Sequence record: MT478991.1
Reading direction: 5' to 3' (one strand)
Source: Escherichia phage vB_EcoM_011D4
Length of the DNA: 64,000 bases
Every line of letters starts with the position of its first letter. Within the stretch, counting starts at the first letter, position 1. Positions 7,813 through 16,061 of the stretch are shown here, in pieces. A program made the position numbers and the translations under genes. The notes under the pieces are model-generated. The model ran no database searches, had not been told where the DNA came from, and saw only the letters and a program-made list of their open reading frames with translations.

Positions 7813-8022
7813 TTAACACCAATCAAGAGTTTTTGAGAAAACCTCTATCCATTGTTGAGTATATGCGGTTTCTTTCCATGACACAATACCAGTCGAATAA
7901 TGGTTTTTGTTTCCAGAAAAGGACGGGCATTTTGATGCATCTTCCATCATCTTTTCGGCGAACTCTGGTGCGTATACTCGCAAAATCTGTTGATATGCTT
8001 TGTATTCTTTAAATTTGCTCAT
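7813..8022 (-). CDS. hypothetical protein, paralog family C
   Basis: MSKFKEYKAYQ...; tandem to 7595-7810. Confidence 0.45.
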   Translation of the reverse strand: MSKFKEYKAYQQILRVYAPEFAEKMMEDASKCPSFSGNKNHYSTGIVSWKETAYTQQWIEVFSKTLDWC

Positions 8023-8287
8023 AATCATTCACTACCTTATCAGCTTCTTTTGTTGTTTTTACATCAACTGCGATAACTCGTAAAGGTTCGTCATGGTTCC
8101 ACCAGTGGTCATGAATATCGGCTTGTGATTTATCACCAAAGGAATCACGAATATCATTTTTACATTTATAGCTAATGTGACCGTCATAGTCAACATAAAG
8201 GTAATTATCGAAAATCGGCGTTTTTAAGATCATACCGAAAAATCTTTCTTTGTGTGTCTTATCCAGCGTTGCAGTAATTCGCATCAT
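8009..8287 (-). CDS. hypothetical protein, paralog family A
   Basis: Motif HDHWWNHDEPLRVIAVDV. Confidence 0.5.
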   Translation of the reverse strand: MMRITATLDKTHKERFFGMILKTPIFDNYLYVDYDGHISYKCKNDIRDSFGDKSQADIHDHWWNHDEPLRVIAVDVKTTKEADKVVNDYEQI

Positions 8288-8299
8288 AATATATTCCTC

Positions 8300-8479
8300 T
8301 TAGAAAGGGATGGTCATTTCTTGAGCTTGTACATTCTCGTTAGGATTAAACTTCATCCAACCGATATTGTCTACCAGCATATGCACATTTTTATCATATC
8401 CTACGTGGGTAGTCAATACTGTATGTGCTTTACCTTCAATGATGAGTTCCATGTACTTCTGAACTTCGATAGCTTTCAT
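8300..8479 (-). CDS. hypothetical small protein (59 aa), below ORF-track cutoff
   Basis: Hand translation MKAIEVQKYMELIIEGKAHTVLTTHVGYDKNVHMLVDNIGWMKFNPNENVQAQEMTIPF; RBS GGAGAATCAAA; promoter cassette upstream. Confidence 0.45.
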   Translation of the reverse strand: MKAIEVQKYMELIIEGKAHTVLTTHVGYDKNVHMLVDNIGWMKFNPNENVQAQEMTIPF

Positions 8480-8511
8480 TTTGATTCTCCGTTTGTTGTC
8501 TTTATGGGAGT

Positions 8512-8540
8512 ATCTTACTACTCCCTTTAATCATTGTCAA
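8512..8540 (-). promoter_or_regulatory. early promoter cassette; hairpin GGGAGTAGTAAGATACTCCC across -10
   Basis: TTGACA-17-TAAGAT. Confidence 0.5.
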
Positions 8541-8543
8541 CTA

Positions 8544-8711
8544 TTATTTGTTAATTTCTGGTGCGTTGCTTGGATAGTAACCTTCTTTAACACCCAGATA
8601 TTTTGCAACCATTCCGGTGATCTTCTGTGCTACTACGATATCGAATTTCAGGTAGTCTTCACCGTGGTTTGCTACAATGTATGCTTCGCATTCTGCTTTA
8701 GTCTGGAACAT
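8544..8711 (-). CDS. hypothetical small protein (55 aa), paralog of 5288-5455
   Basis: MFQTKAECEAYIVANHGEDYLKFDIVVAQKITGMVAKYLGVKEGYYPSNAPEINK; start moved to ATG at 8711. Confidence 0.5.
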   Translation of the reverse strand: MFQTKAECEAYIVANHGEDYLKFDIVVAQKITGMVAKYLGVKEGYYPSNAPEINK

Positions 8712-8745
8712 TTTTGATTCTCCTATATCTCGTTGGTATGTGTGC

Positions 8746-8774
8746 ATTATAGGGGATCACAGATCCCCTGTCAA
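8746..8774 (-). promoter_or_regulatory. early promoter cassette; palindromic spacer GGGGATCTGTGATCCCC
   Basis: TTGACA-17-TATAAT. Confidence 0.55.
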
Positions 8775-8779
8775 CAACT

Positions 8780-9073
8780 TTATAATGCTTTATATGCGTA
8801 TTTCATAAATTTGTCTGCCACTTCATTGGCATGTTCAGATTCTACGCCTGATTCGAGAACAATAGCTAGGTCGGTTTCGTCATTCCCGCCGTACCAATGA
8901 TTTGATGTTCGATTTTTTTCAATTGGAAATTGGTCACTTTTATCTGTGCGACAAAATACATCTAAATGCTCGTCTATGTAAAAGATCCAATCCTCATAAA
9001 GAATAACGGTATTAGCCAGATTTTTATTGCCTTCAACGAAAGGTTCAGCTACAAATAGCTTAGTTTGTTCCAT
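8780..9073 (-). CDS. hypothetical protein, paralog family A-like
   Basis: Start moved to ATG at 9073 (RBS GAGGAAATTACT); motif NHWYGGNDETDLAIVLE. Confidence 0.5.
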   Translation of the reverse strand: MEQTKLFVAEPFVEGNKNLANTVILYEDWIFYIDEHLDVFCRTDKSDQFPIEKNRTSNHWYGGNDETDLAIVLESGVESEHANEVADKFMKYAYKAL

Positions 9074-9089
9074 AGTAATTTCCTCAAAA

Positions 9090-9281
9090 TTATACAGCTT
9101 CGTAAACTTCCCAATGTCCAACACCAGCACGCTTAACGAAAAGGTTTTCTTTGATGTTATTCATAAACGTCTGGATGGATTTAATGCGGTTGGAAGGTTT
9201 CCAGTCTTCGTTAGCATTGCGGCGATACATTATAACATTACCAGATCGCTTATATTCAGCAACCATTTTAAGACCACACAT
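9090..9281 (-). CDS. hypothetical protein (63 aa)
   Basis: ATG with GAGGATAATATT RBS; hairpin TGGGAGGGTAATACTCTCCCA just upstream. Confidence 0.45.
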   Translation of the reverse strand: MCGLKMVAEYKRSGNVIMYRRNANEDWKPSNRIKSIQTFMNNIKENLFVKRAGVGHWEVYEAV

Positions 9282-9337
9282 AATATTATCCTCAATTTGT
9301 GGGAGAGTATTACCCTCCCAATTATTGTTATACTACA

Positions 9338-9640
9338 TTACGCAAAATGGCGTGTCAATGCTTCTTTTGCTGTTCCGCTAAGATTCTCGATCTCTCCTGG
9401 CATAACATCAACCGCCAGAACTTCTACAACATCCTCTGATCCTAACCAGTGAGTATGACCTTTGTAGAACTTGATATCCCATTTAACGCTATCGCTAGCC
9501 CACCACACATCACCGTCGATAAAGTTGATGTAAAGCACACTACGCCACATTGAATTAATTACTTTCAATACTGCGCCTTTCATCTCTTCCACGGTATGGT
9601 CTTCCATTTTGAAGACCTCACCTACCTGAACTTTTGCCAT
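9338..9640 (-). CDS. hypothetical protein, paralog family A
   Basis: Motif HTHWLGSEDVVEVLAVDV; RBS GAGGTGACTAA. Confidence 0.5.
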   Translation of the reverse strand: MAKVQVGEVFKMEDHTVEEMKGAVLKVINSMWRSVLYINFIDGDVWWASDSVKWDIKFYKGHTHWLGSEDVVEVLAVDVMPGEIENLSGTAKEALTRHFA

Positions 9641-9657
9641 TTAGTCACCTCTCTTTA

Positions 9658-9837
9658 TTACATAACAATCACGCCAGCCGTTGAAAGTTGATGTTTCAAC
9701 TGAGCATTTTCTGCTACCGTCAAATCAATGATTTCTTGTGACGCTGCAATCATATAGCCATTGGTGATATTGTTTTGCATCAGTTCAATGGTTTCTTCGT
9801 TGTAGCGGATTTTAGCGATGATTTCGTTGAAGTTCAT
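9658..9837 (-). CDS. hypothetical small protein (59 aa), below ORF-track cutoff
   Basis: Hand translation MNFNEIIAKIRYNEETIELMQNNITNGYMIAASQEIIDLTVAENAQLKHQLSTAGVIVM; promoter cassette upstream. Confidence 0.45.
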   Translation of the reverse strand: MNFNEIIAKIRYNEETIELMQNNITNGYMIAASQEIIDLTVAENAQLKHQLSTAGVIVM

Positions 9838-9871
9838 AATTGATTCTCCTAGTTCGTTTCGGTATGTGTGT

Positions 9872-9901
9872 ATTATAGGGGAGTTTAACCTCCCCTGTCA
9901 A
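9872..9901 (-). promoter_or_regulatory. early promoter cassette; palindromic spacer GGGGAGGTTAAACTCCCC
   Basis: TTGACA-18-TATAAT. Confidence 0.5.
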
Positions 9902-9911
9902 CAACTTTTTT

Positions 9912-10223
9912 TTAAAGTTTTTCCATGATAACGGTCATAATTACATCTTCTGCGCGAGCGGTCAGATTATCAGCGTCAGCATGTGGGCGGTTGGTTGTTA
10001 CAGAGATAACACCGTTGCGCACTGGTTTGATATTGATATCAAGATGATCCGCGAAACGTTCGCCAGTTACAGAATGAATTTTGGTGTTAAATTCTTTTGC
10101 CAGTGCCTTGCGAACTTCACGAATCAGGATAGCGTTTTTCAGTTGGTTCTCTGCGCTCATGGTCTTCTGGGTGTTCATGGTTCCGTCGAAGTCAATCATT
10201 GGCAGCGTTACGATGTATTTCAT
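9912..10223 (-). CDS. hypothetical protein, paralog family B
   Basis: 103 aa; ATG with GGAGAATAAAAA RBS; promoter cassette upstream. Confidence 0.55.
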   Translation of the reverse strand: MKYIVTLPMIDFDGTMNTQKTMSAENQLKNAILIREVRKALAKEFNTKIHSVTGERFADHLDINIKPVRNGVISVTTNRPHADADNLTARAEDVIMTVIMEKL

Positions 10224-10268
10224 TTTTTATTCTCCGTTTAAGAAAGTGTGTTTCGTTTTGATGTGTGT

Positions 10269-10297
10269 AGTATAGGGGATCGGTGATCCCCTGTCAA
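10269..10297 (-). promoter_or_regulatory. early promoter cassette; palindromic spacer GGGGATCACCGATCCCC
   Basis: TTGACA-17-TATACT. Confidence 0.5.
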
Positions 10298-10310
10298 CAA
10301 CTTTTTTGAA

Positions 10311-10655
10311 TTATTTTTTCATGAGCTTAATTGCTTCTTCCATAGCCAACACATTTCGATAGTTAGGGTATCGTGTTAGATCGTCATACATTCGCTTAAG
10401 GGTGGAAACTTCCTCAAACTCTGGGTTTTCTAGATACAGTTGAACAAATTGTTTCTCTACCATCTCTGCTTTTAGCTTGTCTGCTTGTTCCTGTTCATAT
10501 GATTTAGTTGGACCCAACACCAACAAAATGATAAAGGTGATCAACGGGCTAATGATCAATGATAGGATAACATAACCGATAACGCTACGGTTTAAACGGC
10601 TTGCATACATGCCTACCAGGAAAACAAAAAGGATATAGATAAACAGAAAGAACAT
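10311..10655 (-). CDS. small membrane protein (2 predicted TM helices)
   Basis: Hydrophobic N-terminal 50 aa then charged C-terminus. Confidence 0.5.
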   Translation of the reverse strand: MFFLFIYILFVFLVGMYASRLNRSVIGYVILSLIISPLITFIILLVLGPTKSYEQEQADKLKAEMVEKQFVQLYLENPEFEEVSTLKRMYDDLTRYPNYRNVLAMEEAIKLMKK

Positions 10656-10662
10656 ATAATGG

Positions 10663-11136
10663 CTACTCCTTATTTTCGCGCTCGTACTTTTCGAAATAAA
10701 ATTCTACTGGCTGGTCATGAATTGACAGCAAGCCAAAGCGTTTAGCCGCTCGCAATCCCATATTGCGCTGAATGTACTTCTGGAAGTTCTCGCGTATACA
10801 CTTACGCCAGTATTCTAAGCCCATACAACTTTTATAAAGATTGCATTGCACACACGCCGGATTCATGTTATCAAGTATATCATGTTCCGGTTTATGCATT
10901 CCTACAACCTTATACTTCCACGATCCATCATCATTACGGGCAATTCGTCCATTTTCATCATAGACTACCTTTGAGCGTCGCAATACTGGTTTGATGTGGT
11001 CTGCGTGCCAGCGATCCCCTAGTTCCTCGCCACAATAGGCACAACGTCCACCATATTTCATTTTCAGGATCTGGCGTTGCTCTTTCTTTGACAATTTTTT
11101 AGGTTTAGGGGCTTTCGCCCCTTCATTATCACACAT
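10663..11136 (-). CDS. HNH endonuclease (free-standing, homing-endonuclease-like)
   Basis: CAYCGEELGDRWHADHIKP ... NPACVQCN motif; start overlaps ligase 3 prime end by 8 nt. Confidence 0.7.
   Translation of the reverse strand: MCDNEGAKAPKPKKLSKKEQRQILKMKYGGRCAYCGEELGDRWHADHIKPVLRRSKVVYDENGRIARNDDGSWKYKVVGMHKPEHDILDNMNPACVQCNLYKSCMGLEYWRKCIRENFQKYIQRNMGLRAAKRFGLLSIHDQPVEFYFEKYERENKE
11107..11120 (-). repeat. GGGGCGAAAGCCCC hairpin at ligase / HNH junction
   Basis: Lies in first codons of HNH ORF and last codons of ligase. Confidence 0.45.
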
Positions 11137-12625
11137 CGAATACCTCTTTTACTGTATTTGCAGTGGTCTTGTCGTAGCGAATACGTTTGATGATTGGGAG
11201 AAATAAAGAGAACTCCGGTTCATCTTCTTTACGTGATTTGCTGCGGATATACCCGTTGCATGTCATCTCAATGACTTTTCCAATCAGGTTATGACGGTCA
11301 GCCCATAACATTTCTCGGTCGAGTTCATTTCGACGATCGAACGGAATTACACGTTCAATACCAACATCATCTTTTTCGGTTGTGGTGTCTGTCAATCCCG
11401 ATCCGGTGTTAGTCGTCATTCGTCCGCACGCACTACGGACAGTAAAACCGCCTACCTTATTGGGGTCTTTACTATGCGGATATACATCAACAATTTCCGC
11501 GTCGAAGTCAATCACTTCTTTAAATTTAACCTGATCTTTACTACGGCGATCTTCAAATACACCATGTAAATTTTTAAGGATAATACCTTCTAAGCCCATG
11601 TTTACATAACGATGATATACTTCGCGAGCTTCATCGATATTGTTAACTACAGTGTTTTCGATGATCTGAACACGAGGATCGTTAAGTTCTTCAACAATCT
11701 GTTTTAGTTCTTCGAATCGATCTTTATATTGCTTCGTTGCCTTCTCGTTTCCATAATACACATCACGGTCGATAACATCCCAGACAGTGTAAACAATACA
11801 TTGGGCTTCTTCTTTTGGAATAGTTCCTTTAAGTGATTTGTTGAGGATACCATTTCCGGTCTGACGATCTGCAACAACGGATTGTTTCACTGCTTCCGCT
11901 ACTGGCGTTAATGGCATTTCCTCTTCTTCAAATATCCATGACAGAGTACCATCATAAACGCTTTCAACGAAGTTCTGCGCTGGTGTTTGCGAAAGGGTAG
12001 GCATATATACCAATTCGCCATCTAGAACAATTCCACGGCCTCGTAGACGCTCTAAAACCGCAAACAAATCATCAAGTCCTTGATAGGTATTACCTGAGCG
12101 GGTATAGATTGCTAATGTTTCCCCGTCAATATCAGCCATACCACGAGCGCCATCGCTTTTAAGTTGTGCATACGCCGGATACTTGATATTAGCAATAGTC
12201 TTATCAGAACATGACGATGCAAGGTGGCACGGCTGCTGGGGGATCAGTTTCTTCCATACCTTGTTTGCAGTGGTAGCTGAACAGCCGCATTCCAGATCAC
12301 GATTCAGGACCATCATTGCAACTTTAGCATCATCCTCTGACAAGCAAGTCAGAGTATCGGTAACTAGCTGTATTGCTGCATTACCAGTTACTTGACGCGT
12401 GGCAAGTTTATTTTTAAAGACCTGTAATGCACCGGATAAAGACAATACAGACGAATAGCGAGATGGTTTATCGTATTTCTTTACGCCAAACGTAACCTGT
12501 TTGCAATATGCCAGATAAAAGCATTCTTTCAGCGTTTCATTGCTTGCAGATTCTTTCAGGATCTTTTCTTTCAGCGATGTTTTGTCGGTTGCTGCAAGCT
12601 GATTAATGATATTAAGAATTGACAT
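11129..12625 (-). CDS. 30: ATP-dependent DNA ligase
   Basis: About 498 aa; recalled T4 gp30 similarity (LKADGAR, VLDGELVY, EGIILKN, C-terminal IRLREDKT-like); start moved to ATG at 12625 after GAGGTGAAA. Confidence 0.85.
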   Translation of the reverse strand: MSILNIINQLAATDKTSLKEKILKESASNETLKECFYLAYCKQVTFGVKKYDKPSRYSSVLSLSGALQVFKNKLATRQVTGNAAIQLVTDTLTCLSEDDAKVAMMVLNRDLECGCSATTANKVWKKLIPQQPCHLASSCSDKTIANIKYPAYAQLKSDGARGMADIDGETLAIYTRSGNTYQGLDDLFAVLERLRGRGIVLDGELVYMPTLSQTPAQNFVESVYDGTLSWIFEEEEMPLTPVAEAVKQSVVADRQTGNGILNKSLKGTIPKEEAQCIVYTVWDVIDRDVYYGNEKATKQYKDRFEELKQIVEELNDPRVQIIENTVVNNIDEAREVYHRYVNMGLEGIILKNLHGVFEDRRSKDQVKFKEVIDFDAEIVDVYPHSKDPNKVGGFTVRSACGRMTTNTGSGLTDTTTEKDDVGIERVIPFDRRNELDREMLWADRHNLIGKVIEMTCNGYIRSKSRKEDEPEFSLFLPIIKRIRYDKTTANTVKEVFDV

Positions 12626-13091
12626 TTTCACCTCGTTTTGTTAAACGTTCACGAATATCATTGAGGATACTACAAAATTCCGATTCAGTCAATATAGTCT
12701 TTAACGGATCAGTTCCACCTATACTATGACGTAATTTCTTATTTCCGGTAGAGAGTAATGCTTTACAAAATTCTGGGTTATTCTGTGCCATCGTAACAAA
12801 TGCCAGATGTACCAGTCTGTAATAATGCTCACTCATTCGATGAATCGGGCGACCCTGAAAATATAACATGTGATTCTCAATCTTTTCAGTTCTTCCGGTT
12901 CTTTTTGCTTTGCCGCCGTGCATCAAAAAGATTTCTCTTTGTCTCTGAGGGTTCTTAAATCTTAGCCCCTGTAAAAATCCTTCTGTGCTGTTAATATCGC
13001 AACCAAATAGACGGAATGGTCTTTTATTGAAATTACTCAATTCACCCGATGGATAAGGTCCACCCGCATAGATATCAATTTCAGAAGTCAT
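12612..13091 (-). CDS. NADAR/YbiA-like domain protein (putative ADP-ribose-processing hydrolase)
   Basis: SEHYY and LSNFNKRPF motifs resembling NADAR (DUF1768) signatures; 159 aa. Confidence 0.45.
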   Translation of the reverse strand: MTSEIDIYAGGPYPSGELSNFNKRPFRLFGCDINSTEGFLQGLRFKNPQRQREIFLMHGGKAKRTGRTEKIENHMLYFQGRPIHRMSEHYYRLVHLAFVTMAQNNPEFCKALLSTGNKKLRHSIGGTDPLKTILTESEFCSILNDIRERLTKRGENVNS

Positions 13092-13245
13092 TGAAACTAA
13101 TCTCGCTAATCAGAGAGAACGGATCATAATCGTCATTAGGAATATCGATAGTAATCGAATGAGGATTTACCCATACACCAAACTGGTCTTCTTCGGTGAA
13201 TACTTCGGTATGGATTTCGTGGATGTTTACATTCATAGTTTTCAT
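13081..13245 (-). CDS. hypothetical small protein (54 aa), below ORF-track cutoff
   Basis: Hand translation MKTMNVNIHEIHTEVFTEEDQFGVWVNPHSITIDIPNDDYDPFSLISEISFNDF; stop overlaps start of 12612-13091. Confidence 0.4.
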   Translation of the reverse strand: MKTMNVNIHEIHTEVFTEEDQFGVWVNPHSITIDIPNDDYDPFSLISEISFNDF

Positions 13246-13289
13246 AATAAAATTCCTTAATAATCAATAACTTACAAAATCATATAGCC

Positions 13290-13316
13290 AAAATATAGGC
13301 GGGATTATTTCCCGCC
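13290..13316 (-). terminator. rho-independent terminator downstream of gene 31
   Basis: GGCGGGAAATAATCCCGCC then TATATTTTGG. Confidence 0.5.
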
Positions 13317-13327
13317 GTTTAAAATCA

Positions 13328-13651
13328 TTAACCGTAAACTACCACAATATTCTGTTTGTGCGTTACAGTCCATTTCAGGTCGATCTCTTCTTCCTTCTTA
13401 ACGCCGTTAATAACGTCTGGATGAGGAACTTTATTCATCTTGCCATGTGGCAGTAGAACAGTTTTACCCAGCAATTCTTTATCTACCGTTTCACCAATAT
13501 CAATAATCTTACCTACCAGCGGAATCTCACCCATAGTGCGCTTTTGCTCAATAATGATCCCCATAGAGCTTTTTACTTCGGTCCCTGCGCTTTCTGCTTT
13601 AGCTTCGATAATTACATAATCACCAAGTGCTTTAGGAGTTTTAACGGTCAT
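13328..13651 (-). CDS. 31: co-chaperonin GroES-like gp31
   Basis: 107 aa; position between cd and ligase; resembles T4 gp31 (GEYVIL-like N-terminus, NVPHP loop). Confidence 0.7.
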   Translation of the reverse strand: MTVKTPKALGDYVIIEAKAESAGTEVKSSMGIIIEQKRTMGEIPLVGKIIDIGETVDKELLGKTVLLPHGKMNKVPHPDVINGVKKEEEIDLKWTVTHKQNIVVVYG

Positions 13652-13692
13652 AATTTTATTACCTCTTCAAATCAATACAGTTTAATGATGAA

Positions 13693-14013
13693 TTATTTAT
13701 AAATTTCGACGATCTGCTCTGGAGTCAGCCCGTCTACATTAATCAGACTATCAAGCCCAAAACTACGGAAACCTTCAACTGCAATTTCATATACTGGCAA
13801 AGATGTTTCTGATTCTTTACGCGGTTTTTCAACATTCGGAACTAACCACTTTTCGTATGTTTCAAACGGCATCAGTGCCGGATCTCGCGTGGCGATCATC
13901 TCACGGACAGTACCATCTTTCTTAGTAAACTGCAAAGAGTGAGTACCGACCGAAAACATTTTCTTTAGTGCTTCACGAAGTGCGATATTATCAACTTGTT
14001 CAGTCATTATCAA
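13693..14013 (-). CDS. hypothetical protein (106 aa)
   Basis: ORF coupled to cd (overlap). Confidence 0.5.
   Translation of the reverse strand: MIMTEQVDNIALREALKKMFSVGTHSLQFTKKDGTVREMIATRDPALMPFETYEKWLVPNVEKPRKESETSLPVYEIAVEGFRSFGLDSLINVDGLTPEQIVEIYK
13694..13701 (-). promoter_or_regulatory. candidate late promoter TATAAATA upstream of gene 31
   Basis: Exact TATAAATA on minus strand about 40 nt upstream of gp31 ATG. Confidence 0.4.
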
Positions 14014-14506
14014 TACCCTTCAAATCAGTCAATAATGCTTTTGGAATACGCGTGATCGTAATATCTGCATTATTCAGAATATCAGCCCAATCACGCCCAC
14101 CATTTCGATCATATGTGTCGCAATAGTATAAATGTTTAATTCCACTGTTTGCAATTGCTTTAGCGCAATCTGGACACGGTGAAGCAGTACACCACATACT
14201 AGCGCCTTCAATCGATACACCGCTACGGGCAGCAAACAAAATAGCATTTAATTCAGCATGGATCTCGTTTTTCTGTGACCATGCACTATGCTCTGGTCGT
14301 TTTTCTGGGATCATTTTGCCGTCATCATCCAGCCAACCGTTTTTATGTGCATGACAGCTACAATTTACTTGCCCTGCTGGAGTTCCGTTAAATCCAGTAG
14401 AAATGATTCGCCCGTCTTTTTCGATCAGTGCGCCTACCTTCCACGAAACACATTTAGAGTTCTTTGCGATCAGATAGGCGATCTGCATGTAAGTTTGTGA
14501 CAACAT
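14000..14506 (-). CDS. cd: dCMP deaminase
   Basis: Zinc-binding deaminase motifs HAELNAI and PCPDC; ATG with GAGGATTATATT RBS. Confidence 0.85.
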   Translation of the reverse strand: MLSQTYMQIAYLIAKNSKCVSWKVGALIEKDGRIISTGFNGTPAGQVNCSCHAHKNGWLDDDGKMIPEKRPEHSAWSQKNEIHAELNAILFAARSGVSIEGASMWCTASPCPDCAKAIANSGIKHLYYCDTYDRNGGRDWADILNNADITITRIPKALLTDLKGIDND

Positions 14507-14527
14507 AATATAATCCTCACATATTAA

Positions 14528-14731
14528 TTAACCGTATACGCGAAAGTATTCTACTGATCCGTCGCTATACTGTTTTACATTGAATGTATTCACACCATGA
14601 TTATTTCTCATGATGACATATAAACTACGACGTTCATCGCTAAACGGCATAACTGGCGCGGGTTCAATATCAACACTAAAACCACGTTTAGCAAGTGCTT
14701 CGCCTAATTGCTTGATTTTATCGGTAAACAT
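14528..14731 (-). CDS. hypothetical protein (67 aa)
   Basis: ORF between pseT and cd. Confidence 0.5.
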   Translation of the reverse strand: MFTDKIKQLGEALAKRGFSVDIEPAPVMPFSDERRSLYVIMRNNHGVNTFNVKQYSDGSVEYFRVYG

Positions 14732-15609
14732 TAAAAGTCTCCGTAGTTAACCTGAAAACATTCTACACCAATTGAGCGGTACATGTCAACCACTTGATCA
14801 CGATCATCTACTGCCAACACAACATGATAACGCGGTGCAATTTCAGTGAAGAAAATCTCTTTCTTCACTTCATGATCAGGACGACGATCATTAGTTTCAC
14901 GTTGAAAGTGATCACTCGGTTCAATACCCTGTTCACGCAACCATTGCAGAGTATCTTCTTCGCAAACATCCTCACGCCCTGAGCATGTAATGATACGATA
15001 GCCATTATCACGATACAGTTTAAGCATTTCGATCACTTGCGGACGTGGTTTATCTTCTTTGACCTTTGTCCAGTCAAACGGATGACGACCGCCCTTATCC
15101 GCTAATGTTCCATCAATATCAAAGATCACTGCCTTCGGCAGCATGGTATTCGGTTTGTATACTTCTTGACCCATATATTCCTGCATCAGATAAAATTGGT
15201 TACGCAAATGAGAAAGTGGAATTGCTTTCTCACCGCGATAGAAATTACGTTTCTTTAGTGTCTCAAATGATTCATTGAACACTTGTTCAGTATACACCGC
15301 GTTAAATTCTTTTGCAAGTTCTTTGTAGAATACACGATGTTTTTCTTTCAGGTTGGTATCAGAGATAATGATACTCAATCCGCGTGATAGAGTCTCGCGA
15401 GCAATCATTCTCTGAATAGACTCTACCAGCTTTTCCTTTTCCTTAGTATATTTGTATTTCAAAGGTGAGTCAACACCAAACAACATAAGACGAAGATCAT
15501 CACGATTCACATTACGATAATTACTAAACCGTTTACACGTTTCCATAGCCCATGTAGTTTTACCGGACCCAGAACAACCAACGGTTAAAATCACTTCACA
15601 TTTCGGCAT
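14731..15609 (-). CDS. pseT: polynucleotide 5 prime-kinase / 3 prime-phosphatase
   Basis: P-loop GCSGSGKTT; HAD phosphatase motif DIDGTLA; T4 Pnk-like C-terminus VECFQV..GDF. Confidence 0.88.
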   Translation of the reverse strand: MPKCEVILTVGCSGSGKTTWAMETCKRFSNYRNVNRDDLRLMLFGVDSPLKYKYTKEKEKLVESIQRMIARETLSRGLSIIISDTNLKEKHRVFYKELAKEFNAVYTEQVFNESFETLKKRNFYRGEKAIPLSHLRNQFYLMQEYMGQEVYKPNTMLPKAVIFDIDGTLADKGGRHPFDWTKVKEDKPRPQVIEMLKLYRDNGYRIITCSGREDVCEEDTLQWLREQGIEPSDHFQRETNDRRPDHEVKKEIFFTEIAPRYHVVLAVDDRDQVVDMYRSIGVECFQVNYGDF

Positions 15610-16061
15610 TATTTCTCCTTCGGTTTACACCGTTCCTCATTGAGTTCTTTGCGATAATAACACATGATCAACTTACTTTCAAGTGTATATCTCTTAATAT
15701 CAGCCAACCAGACTCTAAATTTTTGGGAGTCCTCCCACGACATAGAAACTCTAGGCTTACCGTCTATTGTATCCACTTTCAGGTTAACGTCAACTTTTTC
15801 TATTGGTGTTGGTAGTGGAGGATGTAATTTCGGTTCCTGTGAATAATGGTCCATTGTACACGAAGAAAGCGCAAATACAATAGGTACAGCAAAAACATGG
15901 ATTATGGCGGTCTGGAAATTCTTATGTGCTTTCTTAAACATCCAATGTATTACGAAAATTGAAAACACCATCAGGATAATAATGCTTGCACCTATCCCCA
16001 GATAATCAACCAGATTAAAATTGCTTATCTGCTCTTGCGTAGGCAACATTTCTATGCTCAT
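15609..16061 (-). CDS. membrane-anchored protein, possible lipoprotein
   Basis: TM segment then LSSC lipobox-like motif. Confidence 0.45.
   Translation of the reverse strand: MSIEMLPTQEQISNFNLVDYLGIGASIIILMVFSIFVIHWMFKKAHKNFQTAIIHVFAVPIVFALSSCTMDHYSQEPKLHPPLPTPIEKVDVNLKVDTIDGKPRVSMSWEDSQKFRVWLADIKRYTLESKLIMCYYRKELNEERCKPKEK

Noticed and set aside
9330-9358. Possible promoter TTGACA-17-TAGTAT inside the 3 prime end of ORF 9338-9640
   Set aside because: Weak -10, lies within coding sequence, and lacks the conserved leader seen in the other cassettes; kept only as a possibility
2865-10297. Regularly recurring 30-60 bp repeats that could be mistaken for a CRISPR array
   Set aside because: Repeat units are promoters with -35/-10 hexamers and RBSs, spacing is irregular (180-400 bp), and the intervening sequences are protein-coding ORFs, not spacers
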